From the NCBI RefSeq assembly GCF_009914755.1, contig NC_060946.1: a stretch of DNA of 64,000 bases. One strand, given 5' to 3'. Of the stretch, positions 38,201 through 51,550 are shown in pieces. The position numbers were made by a program, and so were the translations under genes. The notes under the pieces were generated by a model that saw only the letters and a program-made list of their open reading frames with translations, made no database searches and was not told the DNA's origin. Within the stretch, counting starts at the first letter, position 1; the number at the start of each line of letters is the position of its first letter. The stretch is from the human T2T-CHM13v2.0 reference genome, Homo sapiens.

Positions 38201-41200
38201 CTTTCTCACCATAGACCTGAAAGCTCTCCTAATGTTCACTTCCAGATACTACAGAAAGAGTGTTTCAAAACTGCTGTATGAAAGGGAATGTTCAACTCTG
38301 TGACTTGAATGCACACATCACAAAGAAGTTTCTGAGGATGCTGCTGTCTACTTTTTATATGTAATCCCTTTTCCAACGAAATCCTCCAAGCTATCCAAAT
38401 ATCCACTTGCAGATTCCACAGAAAGACTGTTTCAAAACTGCTCTGTCAATAGAAAGGTTCAACTCTGTTAGCTGCGTGCATATATCCCAAAGAAGATTCT
38501 GAGATTGCTTCTGTCTAGTTTTTATGGGAAGATATTTCCCTTTTCACCGTAGGCGTCAAGGCGCTCCAAATGTCCACTTCCAGATACTACAAAAAGAGTG
38601 TTTCAAACCTACTCTGTGAAAGGGAATATTCAACTCTGTGACTTGAATGCACATATCACAAAGAAGTTTCTGATAATGCTTCTGTCGAGATTTTATATGA
38701 AGATATTCCCGTTTCCATCGAAATCCTGAAATCTATCCAAATATCCCCTCGCAGATTCTACAAAAAGAGTGTTTCAAAACTGCTCTGTAAAAAGAAAGGT
38801 TCAACTCTGTTAGTTGAGTACACACATCACAAACAAGTTTCACAGAATGCTTCTTTCTAGCTTGTAGGGGAAGATATTCCCTTTATCACCATGGGCCTCC
38901 AACCGTCCGAAACATCCACTTCCATATACTACAAAAAGAGCGTTTCAAACCTGCTCTATGAAAGGCAATGTTCAACTCTGTGACTTGAATGCAGACATCA
39001 CAGAGCAGTTTCTGAGAATGCTTCTGTCTAGATTTTATAGGAAGATATTCCCGTTTCCAACGAAATCTTCACAGCTATCCAAATATCCACTTGCAGATTC
39101 TACAAAAAGAGTGTATCAAAACTGCTCTGTCAAAAGGAAGGTTCTTCTCTGTTAGGTGAGTGCATACGTCATAAAGGAGTTTCTGAGAATGTTTCTGTCT
39201 AGTGGTTATGGGAAGATATTTGCTTTTTCACCGTAGGCCTCAGAGCGCTCCAAATATCCACTTGCACATACTACAAAAAGAGTGCCTCAAAGCTGCTCTC
39301 TGAAACGGAATGTTCAACTCTATGAGTTGAATGCAAACATCACAAAGACGTTTCTGAGAATGCTTCTGTCTAGATTTGATATGAAGATATTCCCGTTTCC
39401 AACGAAATCTTCAAATCTATCCAAATGTCCACTTGCAGATTCAACAAAAAGTGTTTTTCAGAACTGCTCTATCAAAAGAAAGATCCACCTCTGTTAGCTG
39501 AGTTCACACATCACAAACAAGTTTATGAGAATGCTTCTGTCTAGTTTTTATTTGAAGATATTTCCTTTCTCACCATAGACCTGAAAGCTGTCCTAATGTT
39601 CACTTCCAGATACTACAGAAAGAGTGTTTCAAAACTGCTGTATGAAAGGGAATGTTCAACTCTGTGACTTGAATGCACACATCACAAAGAAGTTTCTGAG
39701 GATGCTGCTGTCTACTTTTTATACGTAATCCCGTTTCCAACGAAATCCTCCAAGCTATCCAAATATCCACTTGCAGATTCCACAGAAAGACTGTTTCAAA
39801 ACTGCTCTGTCAATAGAAAGGTTCAACTCTGTTAGCTGCGTGCATATATCCCAAAGAAGATTCTGAGATTCCTTCTGTCTAGTTTTTATGGGAAGATATT
39901 TCCCTTTTCACCGTAGGCGTCAAGGCGCTCCAAATGTCCACTTCCAGATACTACAAAAAGAGTGTTTCAAACCTACTCTGTGAAAGGGAATATTCAACTC
40001 TGTGACTTGAATGCACATATCACAAAGAAGTTTCTGAGAATGCTTCTGTCGAGATTTTATATGAAGATATTCCCGTTTCCAACGAAATCCTGAAATCTAT
40101 CCAAATATCCCCTCGCAGATTCTACAAAAAGAGTGTTTCAAAACTGCTCTGTAAAAAGAAAGGTTCAACTCTGTTAGTTGAGTACACACATCACAAACAA
40201 GTTTCACAGAATGCTTCTTTCTAGCTTGTAGGGGAAGATATTCCCTTTATCACCATGGTCCTCAAACCGTCCGAAACGTCCACTTCCATATACTACAAAA
40301 AGAGCGTTTCAAACCTGCTCTATGAAAGGCAATGTTCAACTCTGTGACTTGAATGCAGACATCACAGAGCAGTTTCTGAGAATGCTTCTGTCTAGATTTT
40401 ATAGGAAGATATTCCCGTTTCCAACGAAATCTTCACAGCTATCCAAATATCCACTTGCAGATTCTACAAAAAGAGTGTATCAAAACTGCTCTGTCAAAAG
40501 GAAGGTTCTTCTCTGTTAGGTGAGTGCATACGTCATAAAGGAGTTTCTGAGAATGTTTCTGTCTAGTGGTTATGGGAAGATATTTGCTTTTTCACCGTAG
40601 GCCTCAGAGCGCTCCAAATATCCACTTGCACACACTACAAAAAGAGTGCCTCAAAGCTGCTCTCTGAAACGGAATGTTCAACTCTATGAGTTGAATGCAA
40701 ACATCACAAAGACGTTTCTGAGAATGCTTCTGTCTAGATTTGATATGAAGATATTCCCGTTTCCAACGAAATCTTCAAATCTATCCAAATGTCCACTTGC
40801 AGATTCAACAAAAAGTGTTTTTCAGAACTGCTCTATCAAAAGAAAGATCCACCTCTGGTAGCTGAGTTCACACATCACAAACAAGTTTATGAGAATGCTT
40901 CTGTCTAGTTTTTATTTGAAGATATTTCCTTTCTCACCATAGACCTGAAAGCTGTCCTAATGTTCACTTCCAGATACTACAGAAAGAGTGTTTCAAAACT
41001 GCTGTACGAAAGGGAATTTTCAACTCTGTGACTTGAATGCACACATCACAAAGAAGTTTCTGAGGATGCTGCTGTCTACTTTTTATACGTAATCCCGTTT
41101 CCAACGAAATCCTCCCAGCTATCCAAATATCCAGTTGCAGATTCCACAGAAAGACTGTTTCAAAACTGCTCTGTCAATAGAAAGGTTCAACTCTGTTAGC

Positions 41201-42280
41201 TGCGTGCATATATCCCAAAGAAGATTCTGAGATTGCTTCTGTCTAGTTTTTATGGGAAGATATTTCCCTTTTCACCGTAGGCGTCAAGGCGCTCCAAATG
41301 TCCACTTCCAGATACTACAAAAAGAGTGTTTCAAACCTACTCTGTGAAAGGGAATATTCAACTCTGTGACTTGAATGCACATATCACAAAGAAGTTTCTG
41401 AGAATGCTTCTGTCGAGATTTTATATGAAGATATTCCCGTTTTCAACGAAATCCTGAAATCTATCCAAATATCCCCTCGCAGATTCTACAAAAAGAGTGT
41501 TTCAAAACTGCTCTGTAAAAAGAAAGGTTCAACTCTGTTAGTTGAGTACACACATCACAAACAAGTTTCACAGAATGCTTCTTTCTAGCTTGTAGGGGAA
41601 GATATTCCCTTTATCACCATGGTCCTCAAACCGTCCGAAACGTCCACTTCCATATACTACAAAAAGAGCGTTTCAAACCTGCTCTAGGAAAGGCAATGTT
41701 CAACTCTGTGACTTGAATGCAGACATCACAGAACAGTTTCTGAGAATGCTTCTGTCTAGATTTTATAGGAAGATATTCCCGTTTCCAACGAAATCTTCAC
41801 AGCTATCCAAATATCCACTTGCAGATTCTACAAAAAGAGTGTATCAAAACTGCTCTGTCAAAAGGAAGGTTCCTCTCTGTTAGGTGAGTGCATACGTCAT
41901 AAAGGAGTTTCTGAGAATGTTTCTGTCTAGTGGTTATGGGAAGATATTTGCTTTTTCACCGTAGGCCTCAGAGCGCTCCAAATATCCACTTGCACATACT
42001 ACAAAAAGAGTGCCTCAAAGCTGCTCTCTGAAACGGAATGTTCAACTCTATGAGTTGAATGCAAACATCACAAAGACGTTTCTGAGAATGCTTCTGTCTA
42101 GATTTGATATGAAGATATTCCCGTTTCCAACGAAATCTTCAAATCTATCCAAATGTCCACTTGCAGATTCAACAAAAAGTGTTTTTCAGAACTGCTCTAT
42201 CAAAAGAAAGATCCACCTCTGTTAGCTGAGTTCACACATCACAAACAAGTTTATGAGAATGCTTCTGTCTAGTTTTTATT

Positions 42281-45200
42281 TGAAGATATTTCCTTTCTCA
42301 CCATAGACCTGAAAGCTGTCCTAATGTTCACTTCCAGATACTACAGAAAGAGTGTTTCAAAACTGCTGTTCGAAAGGGAATTTTCAACTCTGTGACTTGA
42401 ATGCACACATCACAAAGAAGTTTCTGAGGATGCTGCTGTCTACTTTTTATACGTAATCCCGTTTCCAACGAAATCCTCCAAGCTATCCAAATATCCACTT
42501 GCAGATTCCACAGAAAGACTGTTTCAAAACTGCTCTGTCAATAGAAAGGTTCAACTCTGTTAGCTGCGTGCATATATCCCAAAGAAGATTCTGAGATTGC
42601 TTCTGTCTAGTTTTTATGGGAAGATATTTCCCTTTTCACCGTAGGCGTCAAGGCGCTCCAAATGTCCACTTCCAGATACTACAAAAAGAGTGTTTCAAAC
42701 CTACTCTGTGAAAGCGAATATTCAACTCTGTGACTTGAATGCACATATCACAAAGAAGTTTCTGAGAATGCTTCTGTCGAGATTTTATATGAAGATATTC
42801 CCGTTTCCAACGAAATCCTGAAATCTATCCAAATATCCCCTCGCAGATTCTACAAAAAGAGTGTTTCAAAACTGCTCTGTAAAAAGAAAGGTTCAACTCT
42901 GTTAGTTGAGTACACACATCACAAACAAGTTTCACAGAATGCTTCTTTCTAGCTTGTAGGGGAAGATATTCCCTTTATCACCATGGGCCTCCAACCGTCC
43001 GAAACGTCCACTTCCATATACTACCAAAAGAGCGTTTCAAACCTGCTCTAGGAAAGGCAATGTTCAACTCTCTGACTTGAATGCAGACATCACAGAGCAG
43101 TTTCTGAGAATGCTTCTGTCTAGATTTTATAGGAAGATATTCCCGTTTCCAACGAAATCTTCACAGCTATCCAAATATCCACTTGCAGATTCTACAAAAA
43201 GAGTGTATCAAAACTGCTCTGTCAAAAGGAAGGTTCTTCTCTGTTAGGTGAGTGCATACGTCATAAAGGAGTTTCTGAGAATGTTTCTGTCTAGTGGTTA
43301 TGGGAAGATATTTGCTTTTTCCCCGTAGACCTCAGAGCGCTCCAAATGTCCACTTGCACATGCTACAAAAAGAGTGCTTCAAAGCTGCTCTCTGAAAGGG
43401 AATGTTCAACTCTATGAGTTGAATGTAAACATCACAAAGACGTTTCTGAGAATGCTTCTGTCTAGATTTGATATGAAGATATTCCCGTTTCCAACGAAAT
43501 CTTCAAATCTATCCAAATGTCCACTTGCAGATTCAACAAAAAGTGTTTTTCAAAACTGCTGTATCAAAAGAAAGATCCACGTCTGTTAGCTGAGTTCACA
43601 CATCACAAACAAGTTTATGAGAATGCTTCTGTCTAGTTTTTATTTGAAGATATTTCCTTTCTCACCATAGACCTGAAAGCTGTCCTAATGTTCACTTCCA
43701 GATACTACAGAAAGAGTGTTTCAAAACTGCTGTACGAAAGGGAATGTTCAACTCTGTGACTTGAATGCACACATCACAAAGAAGTTTCTGAGGATGCTGC
43801 TGTCTACTTTTTATACGTAATCCCGTTTCCAACGAAATCCTCCAAGCTATCCAAATATCCACTTGCAGATTCCACAGAAAGACTGTTTCAAAACTGCTCT
43901 GTCAATAGAAAGGTTCAACTCTGTTAGCTGCGTGCATATATCCCAAAGAAGATTTTGAGATTGCTTCTGTCTAGTTTTTATGGGAAGATATTTCCCTTTT
44001 CACCGTAGGTGTCAAGGCTCTCCAAATGTCCACTTCCAGATACTACAAAAAGAGTGTTTCAAACCTACTCTGTGAAAGGGAATATTCAACTCTGTGACTT
44101 GAATGCACATATCACAAAGAAGTTTCTGAGAATGCTTCTGTCGAGATTTTATATGAAGATATTCCCGTTTCCAAAGAAATCCTGAAATCTATCCAAATAT
44201 CCCCTCGCAGATTCTACAAAAAGAGTGTTTCAAAACTGCTCTGTAAAAAGAAAGGTTCAACTCTGTTAGTTGAGTACACACATCACAAACAAGTTTCACA
44301 GAATGCTTCTTTCTAGCTTGTAGGGGAAGATATTCCCTTTATCACCATGGGCCTCCAACCGTCCGAAACGTCCACTTCCATATACTACAAAAAGAGCGTT
44401 TCAAACCTGCTCTAGGAAAGGCAATGTTCAACTCTGTGACTTGAATGCAGACATCACAGAGCAGTTTCTGAGAATGCTTCTGTCTAGATTTTATAGGAAG
44501 ATATTCCCGTTTCCAACGAAATCTTCACAGCTATCCAAATATCCACTTGCAGATTCTACAAAAAGAGTGTATCAAAACTGCTCTGTCAAAAGGAAGGTTC
44601 TTCTCTGTTAGGTGAGTGCATACGTCATAAAGGAGTTTCTGAGAATGTTTCTGTCTAGTGGTTATGGGAAGATATTTGCTTTTTCACCGTAGGCCTCAGA
44701 GCGCTCCAAATATCCACTTGCACATACTACAAAAAGAGTGCCTCAAAGCTGCTCTCTGAAACGGAATGTTCAACTCTATGAGTTGAATGCAAACATCACA
44801 AAGACGTTTCTGAGAATGCTTCTGTCTAGATTTGATATGAAGATATTCCCGTTTCCAACGAAATCTTCAAATCTATCCAAATGTCCACTTGCAGATTCAA
44901 CAAAAAGTGTTTTTCAGAACTGCTCTATCAAAAGAAAGATCCACCTCTGTTAGCTGAGTTCACACATCACAAACAAGTTTATGAGAATGCTTCTGTCTAG
45001 TTTTTATTTGAAGATATTTCCTTTCTCACCATAGACCTGAAAGCTGTCCTAATGTTCACTTCCAGATACTACAGAAAGAGTGTTTCAAAACTGCTGTTCG
45101 AAAGGGAATTTTCAACTCTGTGACTTGAATGCACACATCACAAAGAAGTTTCTGAGGATGCTGCTGTCTACTTTTTATACGTAATCCCGTTTCCAACGAA

Positions 45201-48200
45201 ATCCTCCAAGCTATCCAAATATCCACTTGCAGATTCCACAGAAAGACTGTTTCAAAACTGCTCTGTCAATAGAAAGGTTCAACTCTGTTAGCTGCGTGCA
45301 TATATCCCAAAGAAGATTCTGAGATTGCTTCTGTCTAGTTTTTATGGGAAGATATTTCCCTTTTCACCGTAGGCGTCAAGGCGCTCCAAATGTCCACTTC
45401 CAGATACTACAAAAAGAGTGTTTCAAACCTACTCTGTGAAAGCGAATATTCAACTCTGTGACTTGAATGCACATATCACAAAGAAGTTTCTGAGAATGCT
45501 TCTGTCGAGATTTTATATGAAGATATTCCCGTTTCCAACGAAATCCTGAAATCTATCCAAATATCCCCTCGCAGATTCTACAAAAAGAGTGTTTCAAAAC
45601 TGCTCTGTAAAAAGAAAGGTTCAACTCTGTTAGTTGAGTACACACATCACAAACAAGTTTCACAGAATGCTTCTTTCTAGCTTGTAGGGGAAGATATTCC
45701 CTTTATCACCATGGGCCTCCAACCGTCCGAAACGTCCACTTCCATATACTACCAAAAGAGCGTTTCAAACCTGCTCTAGGAAAGGCAATGTTCAACTCTC
45801 TGACTTGAATGCAGACATCACAGAGCAGTTTCTGAGAATGCTTCTGTCTAGATTTTATAGGAAGATATTCCCGTTTCCAACGAAATCTTCACAGCTATCC
45901 AAATATCCACTTGCAGATTCTACAAAAAGAGTGTATCAAAACTGCTCTGTCAAAAGGAAGGTTCTTCTCTGTTAGGTGAGTGCGTACGTCATAAAGGAGT
46001 TTCTGAGAATGTTTCTGTCTAGTGGTTATGGGAAGATATTTGCTTTTTCCCCGTAGACCTCAGAGCGCTCCAAATGTCCACTTGCACATGCTACAAAAAG
46101 AGTGCTTCAAATCTGCTCTCTGAAAGGGAATGTTCAACTCTATGAGTTGAATGTAAACATCACAAAGACGTTTCTGAGAATGCTTCTGTCTAGATTTGAT
46201 ATGAAGATATTCCCGTTTCCAACGAAATCTTCAAATCTATCCAAATGTCCACTTGCAGATTCAACAAAAAGTGTTTTTCAAAACTGCTGTATCAAAAGAA
46301 AGATCCACGTCTGTTAGCTGAGTTCACACATCACAAACAAGTTTATGAGAATGCTTCTGTCTAGTTTTTATTTGAAGATATTTCCTTTCTCACCATAGAC
46401 CTGAAAGCTGTCCTAATGTTCACTTCCAGATACTACAGAAAGAGTGTTTCAAAACTGCTGTACGAAAGGGAATTTTCAACTCTGTGACTTGAATGCACAC
46501 ATCACAAAGAAGTTTCTGAGGATGCTGCTGTCTACTTTTTATACGTAATCCCGTTTCCAACGAAATCCTCCAAGCTATCCAAATATCCACTTGCAGATTC
46601 CACAGAAAGACTGTTTCAAAACTGCTCTGTCAATAGAAAGGTTCAACTCTGTTAGCTGCGTGCATATATCCCAAAGAAGATTCTGAGATTGCTTCTGTCT
46701 AGTTTTTATGGGAAGATATTTCCCTTTTCACCGTAGGCGTCAAGGCGCTCCAAATGTCCACTTCCAGATACTACAAAAAGAGTGTTTCAAACCTACTCTG
46801 TGAAAGCGAATATTCAACTCTGTGACTTGAATGCACATATCACAAAGAAGTTTCTGAGAATGCTTCTGTCGAGATTTTATATGAAGATATTCCCGTTTCC
46901 AACGAAATCCTGAAATCTATCCAAATATCCCCTCGCAGATTCTACAAAAAGAGTGTTTCAAAACTGCTCTGTAAAAAGAAAGGTTCAACTCTGTTAGTTG
47001 AGTACACACATCACAAACAAGTTTCACAGAATGCTTCTTTCTAGCTTGTAGGGGAAGATATTCCCTTTATCACCATGGGCCTCCAACCGTCCGAAACGTC
47101 CACTTCCATATACTACCAAAAGAGCGTTTCAAACCTGCTCTAGGAAAGGCAATGTTCAACTCTCTGACTTGAATGCAGACATCACAGAGCAGTTTCTGAG
47201 AATGCTTCTGTCTAGATTTTATAGGAAGATATTCCCGTTTCCAACGAAATCTTCACAGCTATCCAAATATCCACTTGCAGATTCTACAAAAAGAGTGTAT
47301 CAAAACTGCTCTGTCAAAAGGAAGGTTCTTCTCTGTTAGGTGAGTGCATACGTCATAAAGGAGTTTCTGAGAATGTTTCTGTCTAGTGGTTATGGGAAGA
47401 TATTTGCTTTTTCCCCGTAGACCTCAGAGCGCTCCAAATGTCCACTTGCACATGCTACAAAAAGAGTGCTTCAAAGCTGCTCTCTGAAAGGGAATGTTCA
47501 ACTCTATGAGTTGAATGTAAACATCACAAAGACGTTTCTGAGAATGCTTCTGTCTAGATTTGATATGAAGATATTCCCGTTTCCAACGAAATCTTCAAAT
47601 CTATCCAAATGTCCACTTGCAGATTCAACAAAAAGTGTTTTTCAAAACTGCTGTATCAAAAGAAAGATCCACGTCTGTTAGCTGAGTTCACACATCACAA
47701 ACAAGTTTATGAGAATGCTTCTGTCTAGTTTTTATTTGAAGATATTTCCTTTCTCACCATAGACCTGAAAGCTGTCCTAATGTTCACTTCCAGATACTAC
47801 AGAAAGAGTGTTTCAAAACTGCTGTACGAAAGGGAATGTTCAACTCTGTGACTTGAATGCACACATCACAAAGAAGTTTCTGAGGATGCTGCTGTCTACT
47901 TTTTATACGTAATCCCGTTTCCAACGAAATCCTCCAAGCTATCCAAATATCCACTTGCAGATTCCACAGAAAGACTGTTTCAAAACTGCTCTGTCAATAG
48001 AAAGGTTCAACTCTGTTAGCTGCGTGCATATATCCCAAAGAAGATTTTGAGATTGCTTCTGTCTAGTTTTTATGGGAAGATATTTCCCTTTTCACCGTAG
48101 GTGTCAAGGCTCTCCAAATGTCCACTTCCAGATACTACAAAAAGAGTGTTTCAAACCTACTCTGTGAAAGGGAATATTCAACTCTGTGACTTGAATGCAC

Positions 48201-51200
48201 ATATCACAAAGAAGTTTCTGAGAATGCTTCTGTCGAGATTTTATATGAAGATATTCCCGTTTCCAAAGAAATCCTGAAATCTATCCAAATATCCCCTCGC
48301 AGATTCTACAAAAAGAGTGTTTCAAAACTGCTCTGTAAAAAGAAAGGTTCAACTCTGTTAGTTGAGTACACACATCACAAACAAGTTTCACAGAATGCTT
48401 CTTTCTAGCTTGTAGGGGAAGATATTCCCTTTATCACCATGGGCCTCCAACCGTCCGAAACGTCCACTTCCATATACTACAAAAAGAGCGTTTCAAACCT
48501 GCTCTAGGAAAGGCAATGTTCAACTCTGTGACTTGAATGCAGACATCACAGAGCAGTTTCTGAGAATGCTTCTGTCTAGATTTTATAGGAAGATATTCCC
48601 GTTTCCAACGAAATCTTCACAGCTATCCAAATATCCACTTGCAGATTCTACAAAAAGAGTGTATCAAAACTGCTCTGTCAAAAGGAAGGTTCTTCTCTGT
48701 TAGGTGAGTGCATACGTCATAAAGGAGTTTCTGAGAATGTTTCTGTCTAGTGGTTATGGGAAGATATTTGCTTTTTCACCGTAGGCCTCAGAGCGCTCCA
48801 AATATCCACTTGCACATACTACAAAAAGAGTGCCTCAAAGCTGCTCTCTGAAACGGAATGTTCAACTCTATGAGTTGAATGCAAACATCACAAAGACGTT
48901 TCTGAGAATGCTTCTGTCTAGATTTGATATGAAGATATTCCCGTTTCCAACGAAATCTTCAAATCTATCCAAATGTCCACTTGCAGATTCAACAAAAAGT
49001 GTTTTTCAGAACTGCTCTATCAAAAGAAAGATCCACCTCTGTTAGCTGAGTTCACACATCACAAACAAGTTTATGAGAATGCTTCTGTCTAGTTTTTATT
49101 TGAAGATATTTCCTTTCTCACCATAGACCTGAAAGCTGTCCTAATGTTCACTTCCAGATACTACAGAAAGAGTGTTTCAAAACTGCTGTTCGAAAGGGAA
49201 TTTTCAACTCTGTGACTTGAATGCACACATCACAAAGAAGTTTCTGAGGATGCTGCTGTCTACTTTTTATACGTAATCCCGTTTCCAACGAAATCCTCCA
49301 AGCTATCCAAATATCCACTTGCAGATTCCACAGAAAGACTGTTTCAAAACTGCTCTGTCAATAGAAAGGTTCAACTCTGTTAGCTGCGTGCATATATCCC
49401 AAAGAAGATTCTGAGATTGCTTCTGTCTAGTTTTTATGGGAAGATATTTCCCTTTTCACCGTAGGCGTCAAGGCGCTCCAAATGTCCACTTCCAGATACT
49501 ACAAAAAGAGTGTTTCAAACCTACTCTGTGAAAGCGAATATTCAACTCTGTGACTTGAATGCACATATCACAAAGAAGTTTCTGAGAATGCTTCTGTCGA
49601 GATTTTATATGAAGATATTCCCGTTTCCAACGAAATCCTGAAATCTATCCAAATATCCCCTCGCAGATTCTACAAAAAGAGTGTTTCAAAACTGCTCTGT
49701 AAAAAGAAAGGTTCAACTCTGTTAGTTGAGTACACACATCACAAACAAGTTTCACAGAATGCTTCTTTCTAGCTTGTAGGGGAAGATATTCCCTTTATCA
49801 CCATGGGCCTCCAACCGTCCGAAACGTCCACTTCCATATACTACCAAAAGAGCGTTTCAAACCTGCTCTAGGAAAGGCAATGTTCAACTCTCTGACTTGA
49901 ATGCAGACATCACAGAGCAGTTTCTGAGAATGCTTCTGTCTAGATTTTATAGGAAGATATTCCCGTTTCCAACGAAATCTTCACAGCTATCCAAATATCC
50001 ACTTGCAGATTCTACAAAAAGAGTGTATCAAAACTGCTCTGTCAAAAGGAAGGTTCTTCTCTGTTAGGTGAGTGCGTACGTCATAAAGGAGTTTCTGAGA
50101 ATGTTTCTGTCTAGTGGTTATGGGAAGATATTTGCTTTTTCCCCGTAGACCTCAGAGCGCTCCAAATGTCCACTTGCACATGCTACAAAAAGAGTGCTTC
50201 AAAGCTGCTCTCTGAAAGGGAATGTTCAACTCTATGAGTTGAATGTAAACATCACAAAGACGTTTCTGAGAATGCTTCTGTCTAGATTTGATATGAAGAT
50301 ATTCCCGTTTCCAACGAAATCTTCAAATCTATCCAAATGTCCACTTGCAGATTCAACAAAAAGTGTTTTTCAAAACTGCTGTATCAAAAGAAAGATCCAC
50401 GTCTGTTAGCTGAGTTCACACATCACAAACAAGTTTATGAGAATGCTTCTGTCTAGTTTTTATTTGAAGATATTTCCTTTCTCACCATAGACCTGAAAGC
50501 TGTCCTAATGTTCACTTCCAGATACTACAGAAAGAGTGTTTCAAAACTGCTGTACGAAAGGGAATGTTCAACTCTGTGACTTGAATGCACACATCACAAA
50601 GAAGTTTCTGAGGATGCTGCTGTCTACTTTTTATACGTAATCCCGTTTCCAACGAAATCCTCCAAGCTATCCAAATATCCACTTGCAGATTCCACAGAAA
50701 GACTGTTTCAAAACTGCTCTGTCAATAGAAAGGTTCAACTCTGTTAGCTGCGTGCATATATCCCAAAGAAGATTTTGAGATTGCTTCTGTCTAGTTTTTA
50801 TGGGAAGATATTTCCCTTTTCACCGTAGGTGTCAAGGCTCTCCAAATGTCCACTTCCAGATACTACAAAAAGAGTGTTTCAAACCTACTCTGTGAAAGGG
50901 AATATTCAACTCTGTGACTTGAATGCACATATCACAAAGAAGTTTCTGAGAATGCTTCTGTCGAGATTTTATATGAAGATATTCCCGTTTCCAAAGAAAT
51001 CCTGAAATCTATCCAAATATCCCCTCGCAGATTCTACAAAAAGAGTGTTTCAAAACTGCTCTGTAAAAAGAAAGGTTCAACTCTGTTAGTTGAGTACACA
51101 CATCACAAACAAGTTTCACAGAATGCTTCTTTCTAGCTTGTAGGGGAAGATATTCCCTTTATCACCATGGGCCTCCAACCGTCCGAAACGTCCACTTCCA

Positions 51201-51550
51201 TATACTACAAAAAGAGCGTTTCAAACCTGCTCTAGGAAAGGCAATGTTCAACTCTGTGACTTGAATGCAGACATCACAGAGCAGTTTCTGAGAATGCTTC
51301 TGTCTAGATTTTATAGGAAGATATTCCCGTTTCCAACGAAATCTTCACAGCTATCCAAATATCCACTTGCAGATTCTACAAAAAGAGTGTATCAAAACTG
51401 CTCTGTCAAAAGGAAGGTTCTTCTCTGTTAGGTGAGTGCATACGTCATAAAGGAGTTTCTGAGAATGTTTCTGTCTAGTGGTTATGGGAAGATATTTGCT
51501 TTTTCACCGTAGGCCTCAGAGCGCTCCAAATATCCACTTGCACATACTAC
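42281..51550. repeat. Locally expanded block of two HOR variants in the order A-B-A-A-B-A-B
   Basis: A copies (42281, 45009, 46373, 49101) share GGAATTTTC, GAAAGCGAAT, TACTACCAAA and CTCTCTGAC. B copies (43645, 47737, 50465) share GATTTTGAG, GGTGTCAAGGCTCT and CCAAAGAA. Confidence 0.85.
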
